A stretch of DNA of 64,000 bases from an uncultured Gemmatimonadales bacterium (GCA_963783385.1 CAWANJ010000001.1:704001-768000), one strand, 5' to 3'; shown: positions 21,363 to 32,948, counted from the stretch's first letter. The notes: a model not told the origin generated them from the sequence alone. Made by a program: numbers and translations.

Positions 21363-23953
21363 TCACCCTTCTACCACCAGGTTGAGCAGACGGTCCGGCA
21401 CATGCACCACGTGCCGGATGGCGGCGCCCTCCACGTGGCGGCGGACGTTGTCGTCCCGCAGGGCCGCCTCGCGCACCGCCTCCTGGCTGGCCCCCCGCTC
21501 CACCCGCACCGTGCCCCGCACCTTGCCGTTCACCTGCACCGGGATCTCGACCTCGTCGGCGTGCAGCTTGTCCGGGTCGTAGGCGGGCCACACCTCGCGG
21601 GCCCGCTCGCCGCCGCTCGGGCGCGAGGCGAGCAGCCGCTCCCCGTCCCCGGCCTTCTCCCATAGCTCCTCGGCCAGGTGCGGCACCACGGGTGCGGCCA
21701 TGACGAGGAGGGGACGCACCTCGTCCAGGGTGGGCGTGCGGCCGCCGGCGCGCAGCTCGTTGAGGCACTCCATGAGGGCGGCGATGGCCGTGTTGTAGGA
21801 GAGGCGCTCGAAGTCGTCGGTGACCTGCCGGATGGTGCGGTGCACCTTGCGCTCGACCGCCTCGTCCGGGAAGCCCTCCGCCCCCGCCCCGACCGCCTCG
21901 TGCACGCTGTCCCACAGGCGGGCCAGGAAGCGCTCGATCCCCACGATCCCCTCGTCGCGGAAGTCGCCCCCCTCCTGGTAGGGACCCAGGAACATCAGGT
22001 AGGCGCGGAACACGTCCGCCCCGTGCCGGTCCATGTAGGCGTCGGGCACGACCACGTTGCCGCGCGACTTGGACATTTTGGCCCCGTCCTTGATGAGGAG
22101 GCCGTGCTTCCGGAAGCGCTGGTAGGGCTCCTCGAAGCCCACGTGTCCCGTGTCGTGGAGCACCATGGTCACGAAGCGCGAGTACAGGAGGTGGAGGACG
22201 GCGTGCTCCTCCCCGCCGATGTACATGTCCACCGGGAGCCAGCGCTCCGTGCGCGCCTCGTCGAAGGGATGGTCGGAGAAGTCCGTGCTCGGGTAGCGCA
22301 GGAAGTACCAGGCGCTGTCCAGGAAGGTGTCCGACACGTCCGTCTCCCGACGCGCCTCCCCGCCGCACTTCGGGCAGCGGGTCCGGTAGAAGGACTCGAC
22401 CCGCGCCAGGGGCGAGAGGCCCTCGTCGTCGGGGCGGAAGTTCTCCACGTACGGGAAGCTCGACCGGCAGGTCCTCCTCCGGGACCGGCACCGTCCCGCA
22501 CGCGTCGCAGTAGACGATCGGGATGGGCGGGCCCCAGTAGCGCTGGCGCGAGATGCACCAGTCGTGCAGCCGGTACTGGACGCGGGGCTCGGCCCGCTCC
22601 CGGGCCGCCAGCCACTCGATGATGGCCATGGCGCCCTGGCCCGGGCGCAGGCCGCTGAACTTCCCGGAGTTCACCAGACGCACGTCGCCCGTGTCGGCCA
22701 GCGCCTCCTCGCCCGCCTCGAGGTCGACGTGCGCCGGGTCGTCGGCCGACTCGGCCACCTCGCGCGGGGCGACCACGACCGGGATCGGAAGGCCGAACTG
22801 GCGCGCGAACTCGAAGTCGCGCTGGTCGTGGGCGGGCACCGCCATGATGGCGCCGGTACCGTACTCCATGAGCACGTAGTCGGCGATCCACACCGGCACG
22901 TCCTCGGCCGGTGGCCGGGTTTCGGGCCGTGCCGCCCGTGAACACGCCCGTCTTGGTGCGGTCGGTCTTCCGGCGCTGCACCAGGTCGGTAGCCACCACC
23001 TTCTCCCGGTACGCCTCGACCTCGGCGCGGCATTCCTCCGTGGTCAGACGGTCGACGAGCGGGTGCTCGGGGGCCAGCACCATGAAGCTGGCCCCGAACA
23101 CGGTGTCCGGCCGTGTCGTGAACACCTCGATGGCGGCGTCATCCGCGCCGGCCGCACCGCCATGCTCGCGCGCGGCGCCCGGTCCGGCCGCGCCGGCTCC
23201 CGACGCCACCTCGGCACGCGTGGGCGGAGGCGAGGTCACCGGGAAGCGCAGCAGGGCGCCCTCGGAGCGGCCGATCCAGTTCCGCTGGGCCGTCTTGGTG
23301 GTCTCCGACCAGTCGATCCAGTCGAGGTCGTCCAGGAGCCGGCCGGCGTACTCGGTGATCCTGAAGAACCACTGGCTGAGGAACCGCGTGCCGACCGGGG
23401 TGCCGCAGCGCTCGCACGCCCCGGCGATCACCTGCTCGTTGGCGAGCACGGTCTTGCAGGAGGGGCACCAGTTGACCGGCGCCTCCTTCTTCTCGGCCAG
23501 CCCCGCCTCGTACAGCTGCAGGAAGATCCACTGCGTCCAGCGGTAGTAGCCGGGGTCGGTGGTGTCGACCGTGTGGGACCAGTCGTACATGATCCCGGCC
23601 CGGTGGAGCTGGCGCGTGAAGTTCCGGATGTTGGACGGGATCAGCTCCATCGGGTGGGTGTCCACCTTCAGGGCGTAGTTCTCCGAGTGGATCCCGAACG
23701 CGTCGAAGCCGATGGGCTGGAACACCTCGTCTCCGCGCAGCCGGCGGTAGCGGCCGTACAGGTCGGCGCCCGTGAAGGCGTACAGATTGCCGACGTGCAG
23801 CCCCTCCGCGGAGGGATAGGGATACATCATCAGGTTGTAGAATGGCCGCTCGGGCGCGTCGAGGTCGGGCTCGTCGGCCCGCTCCTCGCGCCAGCGCCGC
23901 TGCCACTTCTCCTCGATCTTCTGCGGATCGTACATCGATTCCCGTTCGGTCAA
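21363..23953 (-). CDS. leuS: Leucine--tRNA ligase, two apparent frameshifts
   Basis: PYPSAEGLHVGN, YGTGAIMAVPAHD, DWCISRQRYWG, KMSKS across three frames; shifts near 22905 and 22452. Confidence 0.92.
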
Positions 23954-23972
23954 GCTTGCCCTGGCCCCGCGC

Positions 23973-24482
23973 TCACGCCGACCGCCGCCGCGAGCTGATC
24001 ACGCCCGTGTCGAAGCCGGCCATGTGGAGCCCGCCGTGGAAGCGGGCGTGCTCGATCTTCAAGCACCGGTCCATCACCACCTTCATCCCGGCATCCAGCG
24101 CGATCCGGGCCGCCTCGGGGCTCCAGATCCCGAGCTGCAGCCACAACGTGCCCGCGCCCACCGCGGCCGCCTCGCGGGCCACCTCCGGGCACGCCCCGGC
24201 GCGGCGGAACACGTCCACGATGTCCGGAACGACCGGGAGCGCCTCCAGGGACGGGACCACCTTCCGCCCCAGGACCTCCGTCTCGGCCGGGTTCACGAAA
24301 TACACCTCGAGGTCCGCCGCGGCCGAGCTGGTCAGGTAGGTGGCCACGAAGTGGCTGGCCCGCTCGGGCTTCGAGGACACGCCCACCATGGCCACGGTGC
24401 GGGCGGCCTGGAGGATGGCCAGCCGCTCGCGCGCGGTGGGCTCCGTCCACCCCTCGACGGGGGTGTGGGCGATCATGGTCAC
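23973..24482 (-). CDS. CoA-binding protein (YccU-like)
   Basis: VAMVGVSSKPERAS, DIVDVFR, LWLQLGI, VVMDRC. Confidence 0.85.
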   Translation of the reverse strand: MTMIAHTPVEGWTEPTARERLAILQAARTVAMVGVSSKPERASHFVATYLTSSAAADLEVYFVNPAETEVLGRKVVPSLEALPVVPDIVDVFRRAGACPEVAREAAAVGAGTLWLQLGIWSPEAARIALDAGMKVVMDRCLKIEHARFHGGLHMAGFDTGVISSRRRSA

Positions 24483-24516
24483 GGGCGCGCCTCCGGCGGC
24501 CGCACGGCGCGTCCGC

Positions 24517-25851
24517 TCACGACGCCATCCCGAGCGCGCGGTCCAGGTCCCAGAGGATGTCGTCGATGTCCTCGAGGCCGATCGAGATGCGCACCATGTC
24601 CGGCGTGACCCCCGTCGCCAGCAGGTCGTCGTCGGAGAGCTGCTGGTGGGTGGTCGAGGCCGGGTGGATGACCAGCGTGCGGACGTCCCCCACGTTGGCC
24701 AGGTGGCTGATCATCGACAGCGACTCGATGAAGCGCGCCCCCGCCTCGCGGCCCCCGGCCACGCCGAAGGTGAAGATCCCGCCGCCCGGCCCGTTCGGCA
24801 TGTAGCGCAGCGCGAGCTCGTGGTCGGGCGAGTCGGGCAGCCCGGCGTAGCGCACCCAGGCGACCCCGGGGTGCTCGGACAGCCACTCGGCCACCGCCGT
24901 CGCGCCGCGCACGTGCGCGTCCATGCGCACCGGCAGCGTCTCGAGCCCCTGCAGGAACATGAACGCGTTGAAGGGGGAGAGGCAGGCGCCGATGTCGCGG
25001 AGCTGCTCGGCGCGGAGCTTCGTGCAGAAGGCGTACTCGCCGAAGTTCCCCCACCAGCGGAGGTCCCTGTAGCTGGGGATCTCCTCGGTCAGGTGCGGGA
25101 AGCGCCCCGAGTCCCACGGGAAGGTCCCCGACTCGACCGCCACCCCCCCGATCGTGGTGCCGTTGCCGGCGATGTACTTGGTGGCCGAGTGCACCACGAT
25201 GTCCGCCCCGTGCTCGATGGGGCGGCACAGGTAGGGGCTGGCGAAGGTGTTGTCCACCACGAGCGGGAGGCCGTCGGCGTGCGCCATCTCGGCGAGGGGG
25301 GCCAGGTCGGCCATGGCGCCCGACGGGTTCCCGATCGTCTCGGTGTAGACGAGCTTCGTCTCGGGCCGCACCTGGCTCGCGAACGCGTCCGGATCCCGGC
25401 CGTCCACGAACGTGCAGTCGATCCCCAGGCGGCGGAGGGTGACGTTGAACTGGTTGTAGGTGCCGCCGTACAGGGCCGAGCTGGCCAGGATGTGGTCTCC
25501 CGCGTCGGCGAGAGCCGCCACGACGAGGAACTCGGCCGCCTGCCCGCTGGCCGCGGCCACGCCCCCGATCCCCCCCTCCAGGCTGGCCATGCGCTCCTCG
25601 AACGCCGACACGGTGGGGTTCGAGATACGGGTGTAGATGTGCCCGTACTTCTGGAGCGCGAACAGGTCGGCCGCGTCCTTCGTGTCCTCGAACACGAAGG
25701 ACGTGGTCTGGTAGATCGGGACGTTGCGGGCGCCGGTCGTGGGGTCGGGGCGCGCCCCGGCGTGGATGGCCCGCGTGCGGAAGCCCCACGCCCGGTCCTG
25801 GGGGGCTCCGGAGCCCGCGCCGCGCTCGCCTGTGCCGGAAGGTCCGCTCAC
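24517..25851 (-). CDS. metY: O-acetylhomoserine aminocarboxypropyltransferase
   Basis: PIYQTTSF, YTRISNPT, HSATKY (PLP Lys), HLANVGD. Confidence 0.9.
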   Translation of the reverse strand: MSGPSGTGERGAGSGAPQDRAWGFRTRAIHAGARPDPTTGARNVPIYQTTSFVFEDTKDAADLFALQKYGHIYTRISNPTVSAFEERMASLEGGIGGVAAASGQAAEFLVVAALADAGDHILASSALYGGTYNQFNVTLRRLGIDCTFVDGRDPDAFASQVRPETKLVYTETIGNPSGAMADLAPLAEMAHADGLPLVVDNTFASPYLCRPIEHGADIVVHSATKYIAGNGTTIGGVAVESGTFPWDSGRFPHLTEEIPSYRDLRWWGNFGEYAFCTKLRAEQLRDIGACLSPFNAFMFLQGLETLPVRMDAHVRGATAVAEWLSEHPGVAWVRYAGLPDSPDHELALRYMPNGPGGGIFTFGVAGGREAGARFIESLSMISHLANVGDVRTLVIHPASTTHQQLSDDDLLATGVTPDMVRISIGLEDIDDILWDLDRALGMAS

Positions 25852-25957
25852 CACATCTCCTCGGAAGTCTCGCCCGGGTCGGGCCGAACGGGAACCGCCA
25901 ACCTGCCGCCGGCCGGCGGAGGCTGCAAGCCGGGACCGCGTCCCGGGGAGGGGGCCC

Positions 25958-26740
25958 TCACGCCCCGGCGTGCGCCGCCAGGAACCAGCCCACCGCAGCA
26001 CCCGCGCAGGTGCCGGCCAGATTGACCACGTCGTTCCCCACCCACCGCACGCGCCGCTCCAGCGTGGCGCCGAGGAGGGAGTCGACCGACATCCCCGTCG
26101 CCCCCGCCACCAGCGAGGCGAGGGCGGCGCGGGGCGCGGGCGGGCCGCCCAGGGCGCCCCACAGGAGCCCGAGGGCGACCGCTCCGGCCAGCCCGGCCGC
26201 CGTCCCGGCCACGGACAGACCGCCCGAGTGGCCGGGCGACACCCGCTCGCCGGTGGTGATGAGCCAGGTCGGCCCGGCCGCCGTGCGCCCGAGCTCCGAG
26301 GCCCAGGTGTCCGCAGTGGCCGCGGCCAGGGCGCCGGCCACCGCGCCCACCGCGGCCGCGATCCCGAAGGCGCCGGCCACCAGCGCGGCCACGGAGGCCG
26401 CCGCCCCGTTGGCCAGCACCTGCCGCCCGTTCCGTGGAGAGCGGTGGTGGGGGACACGGCGATGGTAGTCGGCCCGCGCCCGCCAGCGCCGCAGGCGCGT
26501 CAAAGCCGACGAAGTCACGAAGAAGAACAGGAGGAGGCCGACGCCGGCCGGGCCGGCGCCCCACCACACCGCCGCGCCGACCAGCGCCGCCACCGGCAGC
26601 GCCCCCCAGGTGAGCCACGCGCGGCCCCAGGCCAGCCCCAGGCTGCCGAGCGCCGCCGCCAGGACCACGCCGTCCGCCGGGCTCAGGCTGGCCTCCGGGC
26701 CGGAGCTTGCCGCCGGACGGTGGGGGGCATAGCCTTCCAA
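25958..26740 (-). CDS. DUF92 family membrane protein
   Basis: QVLANG, ATADTWASELG, SGGLS..GT, DSLLGATLE, NDVVN. Confidence 0.8.
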   Translation of the reverse strand: MEGYAPHRPAASSGPEASLSPADGVVLAAALGSLGLAWGRAWLTWGALPVAALVGAAVWWGAGPAGVGLLLFFFVTSSALTRLRRWRARADYHRRVPHHRSPRNGRQVLANGAAASVAALVAGAFGIAAAVGAVAGALAAATADTWASELGRTAAGPTWLITTGERVSPGHSGGLSVAGTAAGLAGAVALGLLWGALGGPPAPRAALASLVAGATGMSVDSLLGATLERRVRWVGNDVVNLAGTCAGAAVGWFLAAHAGA

Positions 26741-26745
26741 CCGCC

Positions 26746-27408
26746 ATGACCGAAGGCCCTTCCCGCGCCCCGAACCCGCTCGAAGAGATCAGCGCCTCGC
26801 CCCTCGTGGCCCTGGCGCTGCTGGAAGCCATGCGCTCGGCGGACACGCCGATCGAGACCCTCGAGGACGAGAATGTCCAGCGCAGCCTTCCGCGCCGCTT
26901 CGGCCTGAGTGACGTGGTCGAGGGCCAGATCCGCCGCTTCGGCGAGCTCACCGACCGCGGCGGCACGACGCACGCCCAGCAGCTGGCCGACCTGTTCGCG
27001 CTGGTGGACCGGCGCACCGACGCGCCGATCGTGTTCGGGCGGGCGGGACGGTGGCTGGTAGCTCACGAGGTGACCCGGGGCAAGGAGCGCGCCGGGGTGG
27101 CCCGGCTCCCGATCCCGGGGGCCATGCGGCGGCGCCTGGCCCTGCGCTCGGCGCGCAGCGTGGCGACCCTGGTGAGCCCCGGCTCGGTGGTCGCCACCGA
27201 GCGCGACCCGATGGCCCTGTCGGTGGCCGGCTGCCTGCCCGCATACGCGTGCGGGACCTCCACGGGATGCCAGCTCATCACGGCCGCCTTCGCCGCCGCG
27301 CTCGCCGCGTTCGACGTGGAGGAGGCCCGCGACGACCGGGACCCCGTGTCCCACCCGCTGTGCGAGTCGCGGGGCGACGCGGCCTGCATCTGGCGCGTCT
27401 CGGAGTGA
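26746..27408 (+). CDS. Hypothetical protein with V4R-like C-terminus
   Basis: HPLCESRGDAACIW resembles the V4R Cys motif. Confidence 0.5.
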   Translation: MTEGPSRAPNPLEEISASPLVALALLEAMRSADTPIETLEDENVQRSLPRRFGLSDVVEGQIRRFGELTDRGGTTHAQQLADLFALVDRRTDAPIVFGRAGRWLVAHEVTRGKERAGVARLPIPGAMRRRLALRSARSVATLVSPGSVVATERDPMALSVAGCLPAYACGTSTGCQLITAAFAAALAAFDVEEARDDRDPVSHPLCESRGDAACIWRVSE

Positions 27409-27424
27409 GCCGCCGGCCGCGCGG

Positions 27425-28303
27425 CTAGCCGCGGTCCGGGGGCGCCCCCCGGGGGTCCGCCGGCTCGGCGGCCGGCTCCACGTGCACGGTGACGCCCGAG
27501 AAGCCCCCTTCCTCCTCCAGCAGCCGCTCCACCCGGTCCGCCACCTCGTGCGCCTCCCGCACGCCCGCTTCCGGGTCCACGTGGATGGTGAGCTCGGCGA
27601 ACGCCTCGCCCGGTCGGCCGCGCGAGCGGATCCCCGACGCCTGCCGCACCCCGTCCTGCTGCGTCACCAGGGCCCGGATGCGGTCGGGATGGACGGCGCG
27701 GCGGTCGACCAGGATCGGCACGGTGTCCCGGAGGATCTGGTAGCCCGAATAGGCGATGAGCACGACCACGACGAGGGCGAGCCACGCGTCGCCCTGCGTC
27801 CAGCCGCGGGCGACCAGCACCAGGCCGCCGAGCACGGCCGTCGTGATGAGCACGTCGGCCCCCGTGTGGCGCGCGTCCGCCTGGAGGATCTCGCTCTCCA
27901 GCTTCCGGCCCATGCGCTGCTCGGTGAGCGTGACCGCGACGTTCACGGCCATGGTCCCGCCCAGGATCCAGAAGGTGCCGGCCTCGAGGTGAGGCGGGGG
28001 CGCCCCGGAGAGCAGGCGGGCGACCGCGGCGCGGGCCACTTCGAAACAGGTGATGGACAGGAAGCTTACGATGGCCAGGGCGCCCAGCGTCTCGAACTTG
28101 CCGTGGCCGTAGGGGTGCTCGGCGTCGGCGGGCGCGGCCGCGATCCACACGGCCATGAGGGCGACGACGTTGTTGAAGGCGTCCAGCCCCGAGTCGGCCG
28201 CGATCCCGAGGACCGCCATGGAGCCGGAGTGGAGGCCCGCCGCCAGCTTGGCCGCCACCACCACCAGGTTGGCCACCAGGATCCAGGCCAGGACGAGGTT
28301 CAC
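27425..28303 (-). CDS. Cation diffusion facilitator transporter
   Basis: HPYGHGKFE, ADARH, AHEVAD...VHVEP; start may lie further upstream. Confidence 0.88.
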   Translation of the reverse strand: MNLVLAWILVANLVVVAAKLAAGLHSGSMAVLGIAADSGLDAFNNVVALMAVWIAAAPADAEHPYGHGKFETLGALAIVSFLSITCFEVARAAVARLLSGAPPPHLEAGTFWILGGTMAVNVAVTLTEQRMGRKLESEILQADARHTGADVLITTAVLGGLVLVARGWTQGDAWLALVVVVLIAYSGYQILRDTVPILVDRRAVHPDRIRALVTQQDGVRQASGIRSRGRPGEAFAELTIHVDPEAGVREAHEVADRVERLLEEEGGFSGVTVHVEPAAEPADPRGAPPDRG

Positions 28304-28398
28304 CCTGCCGCGCCGCTCGCGCGCGTTCCCCTCGCCGGCGCCGCGCCGCTCGGCCGCGCTCCGGCGCCGTTTCCCTTCGGTGGCCGATCGGACGGACG

Positions 28399-28596
28399 TC
28401 AGTCGATCTCCTTCTTCCCGCGGCCGTCGAGGATCGTCACCACCCAGTCGGCGAAGATCTCCGACGGCGAGCGGCGGCGGGCGGTGGACTCGTGCCTGTC
28501 ATACAGGCCCGGGTAGCCCAGCCCCACCCACAATCCGAAGGCGAGGGCCAGCACCATGGGGGCGATGATGAGGAAGACCTGTACCCGCTCGCTCAT
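28399..28596 (-). CDS. Small membrane protein
   Basis: RBS, single TM helix. Confidence 0.5.
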   Translation of the reverse strand: MSERVQVFLIIAPMVLALAFGLWVGLGYPGLYDRHESTARRRSPSEIFADWVVTILDGRGKKEID

Positions 28597-28692
28597 GGTC
28601 GTCGACTCCCGGTCCCTACTGGAATTGGCGTACGGCTCCCCGTTCGGGCAAGGCGGCGGGCCCCGCCCGGAGCGCGCCGCGCGCCCCCCGGC

Positions 28693-29334
28693 TCACACCC
28701 CGCGCGTCGCCGGGTCCCAGATGAACTTGTGGATCTGGAGGTTGAGTCGGGCCGGAAGCCCGTCCTCCAGCATCCACTCCGCCAGCTCGCGCGGCTCCAT
28801 CTCCCCGAAGGAGGGGGACAGGTGTAGTACGAACCGTCCTAAATCGCGTTCCTCGACCTGGCGCCGGACCCACTCGTAGTCGGCCCGGTCGAGGACGACG
28901 AACTTGAGCTCGTCGCGGGCCGAATCGAGGCGGGCGAGGTTGGACCAGTCGTTGGACTCCGCCTCACCGCTCCCCGGGCACTTGACGTCCATGATCTTGA
29001 CCACCGCCTCCGGCACCCGGTCCACCGGGACGCTGCCGCTCGTCTCGCACAGGACCGTGTAGCCCGCGTCCAGGAGCCGCCGCGCCAGCTCGCCAATGTC
29101 GTGCTGGAGGAGCGGCTCGCCTCCCGTGAGCTCGACCAGCCGGCACCCGCCGCCCAGGCGGCCGACCTCGGCCACGATCTCGTCCACCGACAGCTCCTCG
29201 CCCCCGTGGAAGGCGTAGGCCGTGTCGCACCACACGCACCGGAGGTTGCAGCCGGTGGTGCGAACGAAGATGCAGGGCCGGCCGGCGTAGCTGGACTCGC
29301 CCTGGATGGACAGGAAGATCTCGGTGATGCGCAT
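28693..29334 (-). CDS. queE: 7-carboxy-7-deazaguanine synthase (radical SAM)
   Basis: EIFLSIQGE, CNLRCVWCDT, TGGEP, QIHK. Confidence 0.88.
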   Translation of the reverse strand: MRITEIFLSIQGESSYAGRPCIFVRTTGCNLRCVWCDTAYAFHGGEELSVDEIVAEVGRLGGGCRLVELTGGEPLLQHDIGELARRLLDAGYTVLCETSGSVPVDRVPEAVVKIMDVKCPGSGEAESNDWSNLARLDSARDELKFVVLDRADYEWVRRQVEERDLGRFVLHLSPSFGEMEPRELAEWMLEDGLPARLNLQIHKFIWDPATRGV

Positions 29335-29565
29335 CGAGGGAAATTACCCGCCCGCGGCGGCGGCGGTCCCGGGCGGCAGGGTGGGGGCCCTCCCGCGACT
29401 ATCGAGACAAGCCATGGCTTGCATCCGCCTCACATATTGACAAGCTATTACTTGCGCACATCCCAACAAGACGCTATCTATACCTTGCGCGTATAGCACA
29501 TATGCGCAAGCCATCACTTGCTCCCATCAGGACCCGGCGTCTGGAATCATTCAGGACACGACACG

Positions 29566-30048
29566 ATGACTGATGCACAGAACCCTGTACGAGAGCTGGC
29601 TCGCCGACAACTCGACCAGCGACTGGAGCGCGTACGAGACGTCCTGCCCGATCTCCGCGCACCGGGGGGCGGATGGATCGGTACCCTGCGGTCCGCCCTC
29701 GGGATGAGCCAGGAGGACCTGGCGCGACGCCTGGGAGTGACGCGTCAAGCGATCAGCCAGCTCGAGCACCGAGAGGTGGAGGGGTCCGCCACCCTGAACG
29801 CCCTCAAGGCGGCGGCAGAAGCCCTCGAAGGCGAGCTCGCGTACACCATCGTGCCCGCGCGCTCCATCCAGGAGACACTGGAGGCGCGCGCCCGGGATCT
29901 CGCGCTCGGCATGCTCGAGTCGGTCCGCCATACGATGCGGTTGGAGGACCAGGAGCCCGACGTGGACCTCGAGGCACGTCTCGAACGACTGACGAACGAG
30001 CTGCTCGCCTCGCCGGAGAAGCTCTGGTCGCAGCCGGATGACGCCTGA
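29566..30048 (+). CDS. Mobile mystery protein A (XRE-type HTH)
   Basis: GGWIGTLRSALGMSQEDLARRLGV...TMRLEDQ...LW; overlaps downstream Fic gene. Confidence 0.8.
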   Translation: MTDAQNPVRELARRQLDQRLERVRDVLPDLRAPGGGWIGTLRSALGMSQEDLARRLGVTRQAISQLEHREVEGSATLNALKAAAEALEGELAYTIVPARSIQETLEARARDLALGMLESVRHTMRLEDQEPDVDLEARLERLTNELLASPEKLWSQPDDA

Positions 30049-30634
30049 CCTTCCACAGGGGACCACTCCCCTGGATCCGGACGAGGCCGAGGGCCTGCGG
30101 TTTCCGCACGTGAGGACGCGCCGTGAGCTCGACGAGCTGGAGGAGGCGAACGTCCAGTCGGGCCTCGAGTGGGCCCGCGACCGGGCCGTGATGGGGAGGC
30201 GTACGACGGACGTGCTTAGCGAGGAATTCCTTTACGAGCTGCACCGGAGAATGTTCGGGGAGGTGTGGGACTGGGCCGGGGCGTCACGCCGAACCGACAA
30301 GAACATCGGAATCGACAAGTTCGAGGTTCCGCAGGAGGTCCGAAAGCTGATCCAGGACGCGCGCCACTGGCGAGAGCACCGCGTCTACGACGCCGACGAA
30401 CTCGCGGTCCGGCTGCATCATCGACTCACGCAAATCCACCCGTTCCCCAACGGCAACGGACGCCACGCCCGGATGATGGCGGACCTGGTCGCGCAGCAGC
30501 TCGGACGCCCGTCCTTCTCGTGGGGAGGACGCAGCCTCACCACGACGTCGGAGCTTCGGCGATCCTACATCGCGGCATTGCAGGAGGCCGACGGCGGCGA
30601 CCTCGACCCCCTGATCTCGTTCGCCCGCTCCTGA
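30038..30634 (+). CDS. Mobile mystery protein B (Fic family)
   Basis: GTTPLDPDE, HPFPNGNGRHAR Fic motif. Confidence 0.85.
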   Translation: MTPDLPQGTTPLDPDEAEGLRFPHVRTRRELDELEEANVQSGLEWARDRAVMGRRTTDVLSEEFLYELHRRMFGEVWDWAGASRRTDKNIGIDKFEVPQEVRKLIQDARHWREHRVYDADELAVRLHHRLTQIHPFPNGNGRHARMMADLVAQQLGRPSFSWGGRSLTTTSELRRSYIAALQEADGGDLDPLISFARS

Positions 30635-30722
30635 CGCTTCTGAGGCCGACCTGCGCTCGGGGGCGATCGGCCTCCGGCTGCAATAGCGCCGGGCGCCGAC
30701 GTGCGGCCGACCGTCCGCTCCC

Positions 30723-32944
30723 TCAGGCCTGCGGCAGCACCGGCAGCTCGCGGACCCGGGTCCCGGTGAGCGCGAACCAGGCGTTGGTGAGCGCCGGGGC
30801 CGCGGGCGGGAGGGCCGGCTCGCCGACCCCGCCCGGGTCCTCGCGGCTGTCCACGATGTGGACGTCGACCGCGGGCGCCTCGTCCATGCGCAGGAGCGGG
30901 TAGCCGCCGAAGTTCCCCTGCACCACGCTTCCCTCCCGGAGCGTGATCTTCCCGTACAGGGCGGCGGCGAGCCCCGCGATCACCGAGCCGGCGTATTGCG
31001 ACTCGACAATGTTGGGGTGGACGACGATGCCGCAGTCGGCCACCACGGTCACCCGGTGCACGCGCGGCTGGCCGTTCTCGCTGGAGACCTCGGCGATCTC
31101 CGCCACCCGGCCGCCCTTGTCGCGCACGAGGGCGACGCCGCGGGCCCGGCCGGCCGGGAGCGGCTTCCCCCAGCCCGCCCGCTCGGCGGCCATCTCCAGC
31201 ACGCGCTTCACGCGCGGCTCGCCGTCCAGGAGCTCGAGCCGGAACTCGACCGGGTCGCGCCCGGCGGCGTGGGCGAGCTCGTCGACGAAGCTCTCCATGA
31301 CCCACGTGTTCTGGGAGGGGCCCACCGAGCGCCAGTAGCCGGTCGGCACCGGGATGCCCGAGTAGCGGTAGTCGACCCGGAGGTTGGGGATCGAGTAGGC
31401 GCTGTTCGCGATGCCGTCCACCGCGCTCCGGTTCACCTCGCCCGCGCGGCCGCGGCCGTCCTGCACCCCAATGGGCGGGGCGGCCACGCGCGCGTCGAGG
31501 GCCGAGAGGCGCCCCTTCGCATCGACCGCGCCCTGCATGCGGTAGTGGCTGATGGGCCGGTACTCGTCGTGGCGCATGTCCTCCTCGCGCGTCCACACGA
31601 GCTGCACCGGCGCGCCGACCGCCTTGGCGGTCTCGACCGCGTCCCTCACGTAGTCGACGCTGCCGCGCCGGCCCCAGCCGCAGCCGACGAAGGTCACGTG
31701 CACGTCCACGTTCGGACACGTCGAGGCCGGTGACGTCGGCCGCCACGCGCTGGGCGCCCTGCGGGTTCTGGGTGGAGGCCCACACCTCGCAGCGGCCCTT
31801 CTCCACCCGGGCCGTGGTCACCATGGGCTCCATGGTGGCGTGGGCCAGGTAGGGGGTGACGTAGCGCGCCTGGACCCGGTGCGCGCCCGAGGCGAGCGCG
31901 CTCGGCCACGTCGCCGTCGTTCCTGGCCACCGCGGCCTTCGACCCCTCGAGCAGCCCGTCGAGCTCGGCGGCGATCGCCTTCGAGTCCATGCCGAAGCCG
32001 CCGTCCTTCCAGGTGGCCTCCAGCGCCTCGGCGCCGCGGAAGGCGGCCCACGTGTGGTCGGCCACCACGGCGAGGCCCGCCGAGATCGGGACGACCTTGC
32101 GGACGCCCGGCACCGCCAGCGCCTTCGACGCGTCGAAGCTCCCGACCGCGTCGCCGAAGCGGGGCGGGTGGACGACCGTGGCCTGCAGCATCCCGTCCAC
32201 GCGCACGTCCGCCCCGAAGTCGGCCTTCCCCCGCACCTTGGCGGGCGTATCCCGCCGGGCGGGGCTGGTGCCGATGAGGGTGAACCCCGAGGGGTCCTTG
32301 AGCTTCGGGTCGGCCGGCACGGACAGCCTCGCGGCCTCTTCGGCGAGCTCGCCGTAGCCGAGCGAGCGGCCGGACGCTCCGTGCGTGACCCGGCCCTTCG
32401 AGGTAGCGCACTGGCCCGCCGGGACGCCCCAGCGCTTCGCCGCGGCGGCCACGAGCATGGCGCGCGCCGCCGCGCCGGCCTTCCGCAGGTTGAGCCACGC
32501 GCCGTTCCGCACGCTCGAGCTCCCGACCGTGGTCTGGCGGCCGTACTTGTGGGGGTCGGCCCCCGCCTGCTGGATGCGGACCGAGTCCCAGTCGGCGTCC
32601 AGCTCCTCGGCCACCAGCATCGGAAGCGCCGTGAGCACTCCCTGCCCCATCTCGGCCCGCGCCATCCAGATGATGACGCTACCGTCGGTGGCCACCTGCA
32701 CGAAGGCGTTGAGGGTGGCGGCGTCCGCCGCGTCCGCGCCCTCCGCGTCTCCGGCCGTCTCCCACGCTTTCAGCCCGCGCGGGAAGGCGACGCCGAGCAC
32801 GAGCCCGCCGCCGGCCATGGCGCCGAGCTTCACGAAGTCGCGCCGGTCGAGCTTGAAGACGCCGGACGAGCCGGCCGCGACGGCGGTCCCGGCGGCCGGG
32901 TCGATGTCGGGAACGAGGGGCCTGACCTCCGGTTCGCGCTCCAT
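30723..32944 (-). CDS. Molybdopterin oxidoreductase large subunit (IorB-like), two frameshifts
   Basis: Tat RRDFVK, EMGQGV, HATMEP, GGVGEP across three frames. Confidence 0.85.
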
Positions 32945-32948
32945 GGCC

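Noticed and set aside
40-28516. Long antisense or alternate-frame ORFs (e.g. 40-2061, 2058-4451, 6029-8890, 16324-18705)
   Set aside because: Shadow ORFs of high-GC genes with Arg/Gly/Pro-rich text and no motifs; the other frame holds the recognisable gene.
28693-29334. queE as part of a 7-deazaguanine DNA modification cluster
   Set aside because: No dpdA/tgt, queC or queD nearby; ordinary queuosine pathway context is the simpler reading.
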